This document shows positions 44,703 to 55,807 of a DNA stretch of 64,000 nucleotides, piece after piece. The notes under the pieces are model-generated. The model was not told where the DNA came from, did no database searches, and worked only from the letters and a program-made list of their open reading frames with translations. Position numbers and translations under genes: made by a program. This DNA is from Kondoa subrosea (taxonomy: Eukaryota), in contig BCIN01000004.1 of NCBI GenBank assembly GCA_039545335.1, positions 1,106,925-1,170,924 on the forward strand, given 5' to 3'. How positions within the stretch are numbered: the stretch's first letter is position 1; the number at the start of each line of letters is the position of its first letter.

Positions 44703-45578
44703 TCATCCGCGTGCGGTGTTCTTCCAGCTGCGATACAATTTCCAATGACGCCCAACAACAGTCGTTTTACTTAGTATAGTCTTTGCATAAGGCGTTGAGA
44801 CTGCATCTTTGAATTCTTGGGTTGAAGTAGGATCAGAACCTTCTTCCGAAAACTCGTAGATGACCATATGTCGAGCTTTATGCTTGTTTGCTTGAGGTTC
44901 TTTGCCTTTGCCAGTGACTAGCGAGTCGTCTAACAAGTATCGTGAAGTCCTTAACCAGCCAGGAATCTTGGAGAAGGTTTCAAGATGCTCTTCATCGTAC
45001 CTTGTATGAACGGTAAACCGTTTAGACTGAGCACTGAGGTGTCAGAGAGAACTCACCATTTGTTGACTTCTTCATCCGTATGTCCAAAGAAGTTATCAGA
45101 AGCTCTCACAAAAGCAGCTGGTTTTTCTAGTTTCTCTGGTCCTTTACGTTGGATCAAAGTGTACATTCGCCTATCCAGCGTCTCCAGATTGGCAACAACG
45201 CCAGCTTCTCTTTTTGAGCGATTAGCTCTCAGACTAGTATATCTTGGATCTGTGAAAAGTGCAGTATCTTCGATTTCGTAGATTGCGGTGAAACCAGGTT
45301 TCTTGCCATCCGCGGCTTCATATCGATTGCCAGTCATGAATTCCGGCAGACTTCCAAGGTGATGGGCTGAGAGTCAGATGTAATCTTCACCAACCCGCGC
45401 ACTGGGACAAGCTTACTTGTTGTTCATACGCTTCTCTACATGCTCATTATCGTACCCTTTTAGTCGAATGAATGAGTACTGGATTGGAGCACACTTCTAC
45501 CACAACCTCACAATCTGTGTACTCATCCAGAGGAACATCCCCTGGCTCGCTTTCGACGTAAAGTAATCCTTGTGACAT
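44703..45578 (-). CDS. EthD-like dimeric alpha/beta-barrel protein (tandem domains)
   Basis: Two repeats of W-Y-D-x-E-H (WYDNEH, WYDEEHLE), with NRYEAADGKKPGFTAIYEI and HMVIYEF. Confidence 0.75.
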
Positions 45579-45843
45579 CCTGATAAGCGACGATGCAGTA
45601 CGCAAGCCAGACACGGTCGTATTTCTTCAAGTTTCATGCATCTCAGGTTGCTCGTGACCGCCATCTGAGTGTATACCTGTCCTCTCCTATTGCCTACTGT
45701 TGGTCACTATCGATAGTCCTTGGTCCCCGTGAGACCTTGTGCAGAGACCGGAGTCAGGTCAACCACAACCCCAGATTCAGCGAGATTTGCTTAATTCACC
45801 TAAACATCTTTCCTGCTACAAAGCAGCTGCGTACACTTGTGCA

Positions 45844-48438
45844 ATGGCTGGCGCCAGTAGCGACTTCACCTGCAATCTATGCGGCAGGTCTTTCTCGAGA
45901 AGAGACTCATTGACAAGGCATGAAAGAAGGCAAAAGATCCAGCCTGATGGAGTCAAACGCTGCCCGAATTCCAAGTTGCCTGGCACAGCTACATCAGCAT
46001 CGTCAAAGAAACCTAAGCCTTCTACTTCGCCTGTTCTTCCAGCCGTTTCTATAGTAGACGAAACAAAGTTTCCTCCAGTAGCCAGCACATCCCGTTTACC
46101 AGATAATCAACAGCAGCCCCAGACTCAACCCTGGAATACAGAACCTTTGCAAGCAACCTCCTTGACTTCAAACGCTTTAGAAACGAATTGGCCTTCCTTC
46201 CCCACTACAGCTGCAAACCCTTTCCAGTCAGATCAATTTGATTTTGATCTATGGATGAACCCAGGATCGTTTGAAGATGCGTTTCAAGAGATCAGTAGAA
46301 TGCTGCCTGCTACAGAAGACAGCAGTATCGTTCCTTCTTCCGTCTTCTTTGGTTTCTCCCCTCCCGTTCAACCTATTTCTCCTTCGATTTACTCCTTTGA
46401 AACTCTCTGTCAACCAAATCCTAACATTCTTCCTATAACCGAAGCGAATTGCAAGCTTTTACGAGAATCGGTTGAAGTGGAAGCGAGAACTACAGAATCG
46501 GTCGCCGAACCTGAATCAAGTGCAGATCTACATACGGTATCAGCTAAGCTCGATCTATCCCGGGTCAGTGCTTGCCGTATTCTTGAAGACGAGGAGCTTA
46601 TAGCTCAAACAGCTGAATCCAGTCGATGCTCTCTGTTCTTTGGGCTCTTCATTCGATTTCATTGATCGATGCGTGTACGTACAATCTATCTGACGCATCG
46701 AACAATGATCTAACCTTCCTCCTGTTGTAGTGCTGCCTTCTTCCGTGAATTCAATCCACCTCTTCCGCTACTTCACGCACCGACTTTCAAACGTCCTGAA
46801 TGTCCGCCATTGTTGCTTTTAGCTATAGTCGCTATGGGCTCAGTTTACCTTGGCACAAGTTCGTTTCCGCTAGTCGATTACAGCTGACTTTCACTGACGA
46901 TAAAAACCTACAGGAGAAGCTTTTCTCCGGGGTCAATCAATATATCGAAGGCTTAACAAAGTTTTATTGCATACTTGGGATCAGAGAATGGCTCGTAATG
47001 CTCGTGAAGCGGTCGTTATTACTCAAGCTGGAAGGTGGGATCATTTTGACTATCAGATATTTGGATATAGCTGATTAAGAAAGGTAGACTTCTTCAAACA
47101 TTTGGTCATGTATCAGAATCAGCCAAAGATCGTTTGACCTCCATCGCTTTCCAGTGAGTTTGTTTCCCGCCATTCTTACGAGGTTTCAAAACTGAATATT
47201 TTGTGATTGCAGTTCCACCGTCGTCAGCTGGATGAGTCAAAATCTCATCACCTCAAGCGCTTCTGCTACTGATCATCGATTTGCGGAACTGGCTACTCGG
47301 CTAAGAGAATTGGACGATAAAGAATTGCATCAGGCTTGGATATTATGGAGTGAAGCGGAAGCTGAAAGACGGTAAATTTATCTTAGTTTGTGCGCCCGAG
47401 CTGTAGACTGAACATGTGATATGAAAACTCTTAGCATTACAGCTAGTCTGATCATTGAGGACGCGGTTCTTCAGTCTAATTCAACCCATCCTTGGCTGTT
47501 ACAAGCTGGCAATGTTGTTGAGCTATCAGCAGATGCTGTATATGGTAGGTCTTACTTGTTGTGCGATCAAACCATATGGCTGAACAATGCTTTCGCTCTT
47601 AGATGCTCCTACAGCCCGAATTTGGCGAGAAAGCTATTTGGATGAGCGTACACGCAACTCGGCAAGCAGATTCAAGAGTTACTTGAAGATTTCACTCGCT
47701 GCCTGTCATCTTCGCATGACACTTTCGATACCAGATTCGCCTGAGAAGAATGCGCTGGCTATGCGTTTAGAAACCTCGCTTTTTGATTGCATCAGGTCGG
47801 AAGTGGGTTCGACAGGCGACGAACGGGATAACACAAGTTTGGAGGTTCTGGTTCACTACTTGCTCATGGAAAGTAAGACTAAGACGGTAATGTAATTCTC
47901 GTCCTTCTATCTCTTGCGCATTAGTCTTATCACTTTAGGCAGGCTCCTGCAAGTTACTGGCTATTATGGATACCAGCTCGCAACCCGATCCACAATATGG
48001 CTTCGAACTTGGGTTCAAACTCGCGATGGAAGAGAATGTCTTCTTGAGAGTGGTCGCATCTTATCCATATGTGGCAGTCGACTGTCTCAGCATCAACGTG
48101 GTCTACACATGTCAAGAGCCGTCTACTTTGCGACTATAGTATGTTTCGTTCATTTAGCTTTGGAACAACGATCCGCTACCGATACTCTTTTGGATATCTC
48201 TCAATTGCGAACACCTGTAGCGAATGAACACCAAAGTCAGCCTCTTCAAGACTACATCTTTGGTCACAAAACTTTTCGTCCTTCTCTCCCTCATTTCTTC
48301 GATGGTAAAGATCAGCGTGCGGATATACTAAGACTACTGAAGACGTCGACTGCATTGCTAGAGAACCTAGGCCCTTACCGCTTATCCGGGGTCTATGCAA
48401 AGATACTGACATCGCTGGCTGAAATGATTACCGCATAG
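45844..48438 (+). CDS. Transcription factor with one C2H2-like finger and a fungal-specific TF domain
   Basis: FTCNLCGRSFSRRDSLTRH; spliced FFREFNPPLPLLHAPTF...LLLAIVAMGSVY; W..WSEAEAERR. Confidence 0.82.
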
Positions 48439-48773
48439 GACGGGTTCGTAAACACCCATTGTAATAATTGCAAAACCCTGTATTTACATGTGCAACGCAT
48501 TGTTTTCTTCTAGCTCAGCGTGGACTGAGAGGGTTCCGACCTCTCTGCCGCGGAAGTATTTTAGGCTTTGTTTTCATTTCGGTTGAAAATCAACAAAGAC
48601 CGCGCGAGCTTCGTTTCTTTCTCTCAACCGTTACTTCGACACCACTTATCAGGTCTGTCCCCTCGCTTCATCCCAAGACCTCATCTTTACGCGTACTGGT
48701 CTTAACAGTCCCGCAAGACTCTTCTCACTTTCATTTCTTATTTCACACATAGCAACCTCAGCCTAGCTACAAT

Positions 48774-49556
48774 ATGGCTCGTATTACACTCATTCAACTC
48801 ATGACGGTGTTGGCTCTGCTCTTCGCCTGTGTCTCTCGTATGTTACAATGTAATTGGCGAAGTTTGGTCAGCTGACCATGTTTGCCATTTGATAGTCACC
48901 GAAGCTCGAGTCAACCACTCCAACTCTGGCAAAGCAGCCAGCAGAAAGAACTCAGCTGTCAAAGCCAAAGCCAACCCCAAACCAGCAGCTGCCAAACGAA
49001 CATGCGCTAATCCTCAGCAAACAACCTCTAGCAACCTAGACAAGTCTATGGCTAACACTTCAAAAGCTACCATGACTTTAGTTGCCTTTGATCCACAGCA
49101 ATACAAGACTTTCAAGAAATTCTATTTGGTTTGGAGACAAAAGTGTATCGAGTTAGTCACCCAATTATGGATTGCTCGCTTGCTTATTGACTTGCTATTT
49201 AGTATCGTGGGCCCTCGCAATCAGCATCACAGAGTCGCTGTGCAACCAGGAAAGCAAGCCAGTGAGTGCATATTTACATTCATGCCGATAGAGTTTGCAT
49301 CTGAAGAATACCGACAGATACGGCTTATGTATACTGCGGAGGCCAGCCTAAGGATGCTAACGGAGATTGGGGCAAGAACACCGGGTTTGTTTTATTGCTG
49401 GCCATGCTTCACTCGTCTGACAATTTATTCCGTTTGACAGTCCTGTCGTCGTGAGTATCAGTCCCATTGGCCGGGAAATGACTGATCTTGCTTGTTTTAC
49501 GACCACAGGATACTACAAGTGAAGAAATTAGGAAGTTGGGCTTGAGCTGCCCATAA
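48774..49556 (+). CDS. Small secreted protein with 4 Cys (effector-like)
   Basis: Signal peptide MARITLIQLMTVLALLFAFTEA, K/A-rich pro-region ending KR, mature part TCANP...QKCIDIVGP...VYCGGQP...LGLSCP*; five introns. Confidence 0.7.
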
Positions 49557-49851
49557 GGCGGACATTGATCCGTAAGCTTTTGCTCCTACGCCGCAGAGCG
49601 GGCAGCGGCTGATCATGAAGCTGCATGTAGCTACCTTGACTGTCGCGGCAGTATGGCTGTCGACGGCAGTATAACTTCGCTTTACTTCTATACACCTTGT
49701 TTTCTGCATGAATCATTCGTCATTACATCCCTGTGACCTCGTCCTTCTTCAGAGATCGTTCGCTGGCTGTCTCTGTCTCCAGTACGTGGTAATGCAATGT
49801 ATATAGTAATGCACAAGTAAGGTCAGCAACAAAGTGTTCCTCTTCCCCCAT

Positions 49852-51867
49852 TTACAGCACATCCCTCTTCTTGCAAGACACGTAGAAATCAGTTTGAACT
49901 ATTGCAGCGAGATGAGAGAAATGTAGACATATACTCAAGTTGCCTACCTTCGAACCATTGCAGATGATTGACCCAAGGCTGCTCCTTATTGACAATCTCA
50001 AATTCGTAGTTTCTGATAAGCATGGGCAGGATCTTTGACATTTCCATCAAGGAGATGTTCTTGCCAATACAGACTCGCGATCCACCTCCGAAAGCTAAAT
50101 TCATCTTATTGAAGCTCTTCATTTCTTCAGCATCAGCGTCAGCCCAGCGTTCCGGTCTAAACACAGCTGCATCTTCTCCGTAGGCTTCTTTGGTTCGATG
50201 CACAAGCTTCGGGCTCCTGTGCACAAAAGTGAGCCAAATGCAGGACAAGCGACGATATTGCCTTACACTCCGACTACTGATCCACCAGGGAAGTGGAATC
50301 CGGACAGCACCATACCGCCAGCAGGAACAACACGAGGTAGATGCATGCCCTGCATTTATGCTGAGCTATCTTTGAGATATTACAAGCGATAATACTCACT
50401 ACTGCAGGTTGCATTCGCATACTTTCTTTGAGACATGCTTGGAAATAGTCTAATTTCTGTGCTTCGGCATAAGTGATTGGCTCTCTTTTGCAAAAGATCA
50501 GAGGATGTACAGGTAGCAAGAATATTGACTGACTCGACACCTCGATCAAACGCTTCATCTATCTCTGCTTGAAGTTTCTTGAGCACGCGAGGGTTTTGCA
50601 AAATATAGAACAGGAAGCCGCGGAGGGCTGTTGATTGACAAGTGTAAGGTGGGTGGGGTTTGGGCGTAAAAAGAAAACATACAAGTACTGGTTGTATCCG
50701 ATCCAGCTCCTCTGTAACGATTGTGAGCGGAAATCAGATAATCAGCCTGCATTTTCGCTTACAGCACAGTGAACACTTCGACCATCAGTCGTGGGATAGA
50801 GATCTGCTGGCCATTCGGCTCTTTTGCCGCTCGGACTACGAGAGTATGAGCACAAAGCTAAATGGGAAATGAGCCATCTTACATAAGGTGAACATATCAG
50901 GTCGATCATCGCTTGAAGCTGCATTAAGACGCTCTGTTGTGACTTTGGTTACCCACGATCGAAAGTTACCACCTGGGATGCCCGAAAAGCGAGTGACCAG
51001 GTCGTTGAACCAAGCTTGTCTGTTCAAATCTATTAACCACCAAGCTTGTCCCATGATGGAGTTCTTCTGCAGGAATAGACCAAGAGTTGATAGACTGTGT
51101 ATCTTCATTAAGTAAGGGAGGCATGCAAGGATGTTGGTTGACCTACACGCCTATATCATCTCTTCCTTGTTTGAGCAGTCCGAAGTTCTGGCCCAAGCTG
51201 AGTTCTCCGACGACATCAAAAGCATACGCATGCAACCACCAGGCCAGATCAAAAGTAGAGCCCTTTGCAGAGAAGGAATCGAATTGCCGCAGAATCTCGT
51301 CGGTCATAGAATTGACGAAAGGTTCGAAGGAGAGCATTGAATTCATCTGTGAGCGCATCTAAGCCTGTGAAAAGCTGTTTCCAAAGAATACAGCTCACTG
51401 AATAAGCATGAGCAACGGCTCGTCTGCGTAAAGCATGAGTGCTCGAATCCTGATCATCAAAGTGTCCCTTGAAAGTGTCATGTCCTGGTGGTCCCCTCCA
51501 AGCTGAGTACCAAGTCTTGCTCTTGACGAATTTCGAACCATGTCCGTAAATGGTGTTGACTTCATTGGCATCCAGTATTGAAACTTCATTGGGGCCGATC
51601 CTCACTAGTTTGCCATGTTGAGCATGAAGCTTCGCAAGAGCTTCCGAGAAGTCTTCTTTCCACATATGTTGCAGCTTCCATAATTCAGCTGTCATGCAGT
51701 TCAGTTTCGACTCAACCCAAGGGCAGCGGCGGAAACTGACAAAAGCGACCCAAAAACGGTCCAGGTATGCTAGCTAGAGGGTGGAAGAAGATGTTGTACA
51801 GGAAATAGGTAGCGAGAAGACCCAAAAGTCCAAAGAGCACAGTTGATGTTAAAGTTGCTTCACTCAT
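49852..51867 (-). CDS. Cytochrome P450 (CYP53-clan, pisatin demethylase/benzoate hydroxylase-like)
   Basis: FFHPLASIPGP, HGKLVRIGPNEVS, YAFDVVGELSLG, GAGSDTT, KESMR, FRPERW, AFGGGSRVCIGKNISLMEMSK. Confidence 0.93.
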
Positions 51868-52334
51868 GGCGTCGTTGCAGTCTGGCCAGAGATGATAGGA
51901 TTTCTACAGATTGACCAGTAGGACGAGACCAGGACAACAAGTCCACCACCAAAACAAGTTCTGCTTAAAATCCCACTTCTTAGGCATAGTTCCGAGGTTA
52001 AGTTCTTCCAGCCGGAAGCCAGGCGATGGAGCGGATTTGCTAGGCATGGTACTATTGATTGAGGACAGCATTGTAGCGGGAGGGAATGCTGAATCAGTAT
52101 CGCCGTACAGTCACACATCATTAAGAACGGACTGATCACGTCGACACGCGTGTCTCAAGTGAGACAAAGATCGTGACAAAGAGCCGCATTACTACACTTA
52201 TTCAGCAAATATTGTGTCCAAAGCAGACAAGCGCAACATGATTTATCGGAATTTTTGAAAGACAGACAATACATTCCCAAAGTTATAGCCAATACAAGGA
52301 GACAATGATAATAGCCGGCCCCAAGTAAAAGCAC

Positions 52335-55234
52335 TCAAATTCGTTCGACATAGCTGCCCTCTGCACTAGCCATAGCCTTCTCTTGATCTTCTGCATAAGG
52401 ATGAGCGAGTCCTGCTTTGCCTGCATTGTCGAGTTGTGCACGCGAGACTGGTTCGTTGGCTGAGTGTCGAACGGTGACCTGCAAGAAGATGTACATCAGC
52501 GCTTAGTATACTGAACGCCGCTGTGAACTTACTTTGCCATTGGTGAAAAGACAATCGATTCTGGAAAAGAAAATAAGCAACGGTCGATATTGGGACAGGC
52601 AGACACTTGCTCTTCGAGTGACAAATTCGCTGTTTCACTGCGCAGCGCATCAGCTATTGACAGAAAAATAGCCCTGTTCGAAGAGCTTACGGGAAGAAGA
52701 ACCAGACGACTGAGAGCGACGGGGATAAGCGAGGATCACTAGATGCGTGATTGGATCTTACTTGGAACCATAGCAGCGTTGACGATGGCGAAAATAACTG
52801 ATCACCATCGTTTAGAGGCATCATGATAATAGAGAAAAGATTACCCACTGTAGAACTTATATGTCAATGCTGCGATTGCAACAGGTGTGATCTCCACGAT
52901 GAAGAAACTAGAAGATGATGATTAGACAGTCGTAGCATACTTCAAGGATGTTGGGACTTACTTGAACAAGAATTGCAACCTGCTTTATGGATCAGGACGG
53001 AACCCTATGGACATTCTGCGCCAAAGCTCACATGTAACCGACACTGGACAGAGAAGTCAATACTGAGTATGAAAGCTGGGTGAAATCGACATACCCAGAA
53101 GCCTTTGCTCTGATGCATAGAGGAGTGATTTCCTGCTACGAATCAGTATTGGCCAGATCGATCGGGAAACAAGGCTCACAGGTCCGTATAGCCAACCTTC
53201 ACCCTTGCTCTTAGTCTTGAACTCCACTTTGAAAGATTACTCACCTCCTGGTAGCCAAGTCTAGTGCAGCAAGATTAGAAGCGTTCAGCCAGAAGAGACC
53301 CGACTTACTCCTCCAAAAGCGAACAAGAAGAAGAAGAGTCCGAAAGAAGCTAATCCGGCACCAGCTACAGATTGAACGATTCAGCTTCAATAAGCGGGAC
53401 GGCCTGGGAGACATCGACTCACTTGTTGAATCGATGTGAGCAACACCAGCAGCGAGGAAAGCTTGTCCAAGGGCCAGAGATGCGCTGCCAAGGATAAGAA
53501 GCTTGACACGACCTATCTCCAGAATTCAACGCCAGGTGCGACGATAGCCAAAGGCACATACCAATTCGGTCAATAAGAACGAAACAGCCGAGCCATGCAC
53601 CGCTGAAATAGCAGTCAACACTGAGTTGCTTGCTAGAAAGGTAAAAACAAACAGATGTCCAACTGAAAATAAAAAGTCAGGCCCTTAACTCATGCAAGTA
53701 CCACTTTTGTTGACTAACCTAAGCCCAACATAATAATCAAGACGTTCGCACGGTAGGGGGTGAAGTTAAATGTGCCGATAATCCTGCCCGCCTGTTTACG
53801 CGAATCTCAGATCAATCTCGGTCGATAATTACTTCGACATACGTAGTACTACAAAGGCAAGGAGAAGAAGAAGTCAGGTATGGGTTTAAAAGAATCAAAG
53901 AAGGGACGGTACAGTAGCCATGTTGATACCAGTAAGCTGTTGCAAGACATTGACGCTCCAGTTCAAAATAGCGCGATATCTCAAACATTGATCACTCTTC
54001 CTGAACATGGAGGACCAGCCGGTCTTGACCGCATGTTCCAATGCGATTGCTTCCCGGATTTCAAGGAGTTCTTGTCTGGCAACTTCAGGACCGCGTAGTC
54101 GAACAAGAATTGCTTCAGCCTTGTCTACTTGACCCTTCTCCGCAAGATATCGAGGTGATTCGGGTAGAAAGAGGGAACAAACGAGCGTAATGAGAATAGG
54201 TGGTGCTTGCCAAGCGAGAGGTTCCCTCCAACCGCGTGCTGTCGTGTTACCAGAATATGCGTAGGACATGATGAACCCAGTCATCAACCCAGCTACCATC
54301 CAAACGTTTTAGCGAGCGAGCTTATCGATCTCAAAAAAGATTTTGTCTTACCAGAACCGATAACCTAGAAACAATTGCTTCTTAGCGGCCGCATGTCCAG
54401 TTCAGAAGGCGACTTACAAGTTCCATCGACATGAGTCTGCCCCTCCTGTGATTCACAATGTTATGAGAGGAACCCTTTAGATTTCTTAATGACTCGAGAC
54501 TTACCACTTTGGCGCGGCGAGTTCACCCATTAAAGTGCTGAATGAAGGGCAAAAAACGTTAGAAAACGAAAACCACGAGATTTCATACTGACGGGGCCAC
54601 AGCTGTCAAGATGTTAGCACCAAAGACAAAAACCACGAGATTTCATACTGACAGGTAACTATGCCTACACCGAAGCCATTGATGATCCTAGCAATAACCC
54701 ACATTGTAAGGTTGACCGAGCCAGCTTGAAGACCAGTGCCAAGAAGAGTGACGAGAACACCAATTTGAAGAATAGGCTTGCGACCAATACCAAAGGAGAA
54801 GACAGAGAGGAACAAGCATCCTGCACCAGCTCTGAAAGGGTTGTTTCAGGATAGAACATACCCGCTTCTCGGACAAAACTCACCCAAGAACGAAAGCTCC
54901 TAGTACAGCACCAAGCTTCGTAGGATCTTTGGCTACCGTTGGAAACGTTCTTGCCCAATCCGGCGAAGAAGTGACCCTAGACTACCGTATGAGCCAAGAA
55001 GATAGCGCTGAGATCGCATGGGACTTACGGGTTGGCGACCGACTGGTCATACCCAAAACAGAAGACTTTATCGGTGGAATCAGTGACAGACTGATAGTAG
55101 AACAGTATCTGCACATACAACCAGCGGACACAGCCAGACACGCAACTGATAAAACATATCAATCCATGCGAATTTTGGTGGCACATAATTTCTAACTCAC
55201 GGGCCTGTAACGCAGTACCGGATAGCTGGAACAT
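52335..55234 (-). CDS. MFS sugar porter (~26 introns)
   Basis: FGYDQ, GIGRK, ARIINGFGVG, LPESPRYL, QQLTGINMATYY, IDRIGR, YGPEITPLCIRAKA, FFPETANLSLEEID. Confidence 0.93.
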
Positions 55235-55807
55235 GATTACAGCAGAGGGAGAAGATTATGGAAGCAGAATACACCAAAAGAAAACAAGATTAAAGTAGCA
55301 CACCAGCGGCAAATCTCCAGGCTTGCACCCGAATTGAGGGCACCTACCGGTAAGCGGGGCTGATAGATGCTTCCTCGGTGGACATGAATCGGTGTATGCG
55401 ATTTGGACACGACTACTACTACGACAGGCTCGGCAGGAAAGCGAGAAAAGGGAAATAGAGACTCTGAAATTGCCTCGAAGATAGCAAGCGGGAATTGGAG
55501 CATTCCTTTAGTTCACTGGGAAAGGGCCTTAGATCACACGAATAAAGTAGAGCAATAGCACAAATATGATCTGGCAGTTCCCGAGTTCAAGCAAGTTTGG
55601 GTGCGAAACAAGCCTGATCGAATTTGAGAAGCAATTTTTGCAATCTGGCGTGTCCAGATAGCTAGCCAGTCTGCTAACAAGAGCAGGGGCCTAGGTGTAC
55701 GCGAATGAAAGATCAAGTCTCAGTCGCTACTCAACAGACAGAATTGTTAGATGTGACTGCTGAATGAATTGGTATAGTCAGACTATTCACCTATTACTAT
55801 TGGTCAC

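Noticed and set aside
46564..46665. Apparent premature stop or frameshift in the cluster TF
   Set aside because: A GTCAGT...AG intron from about 46564 shifts into the frame ...SSFDFIDRCV-AAFFREF, so the gene is intact.
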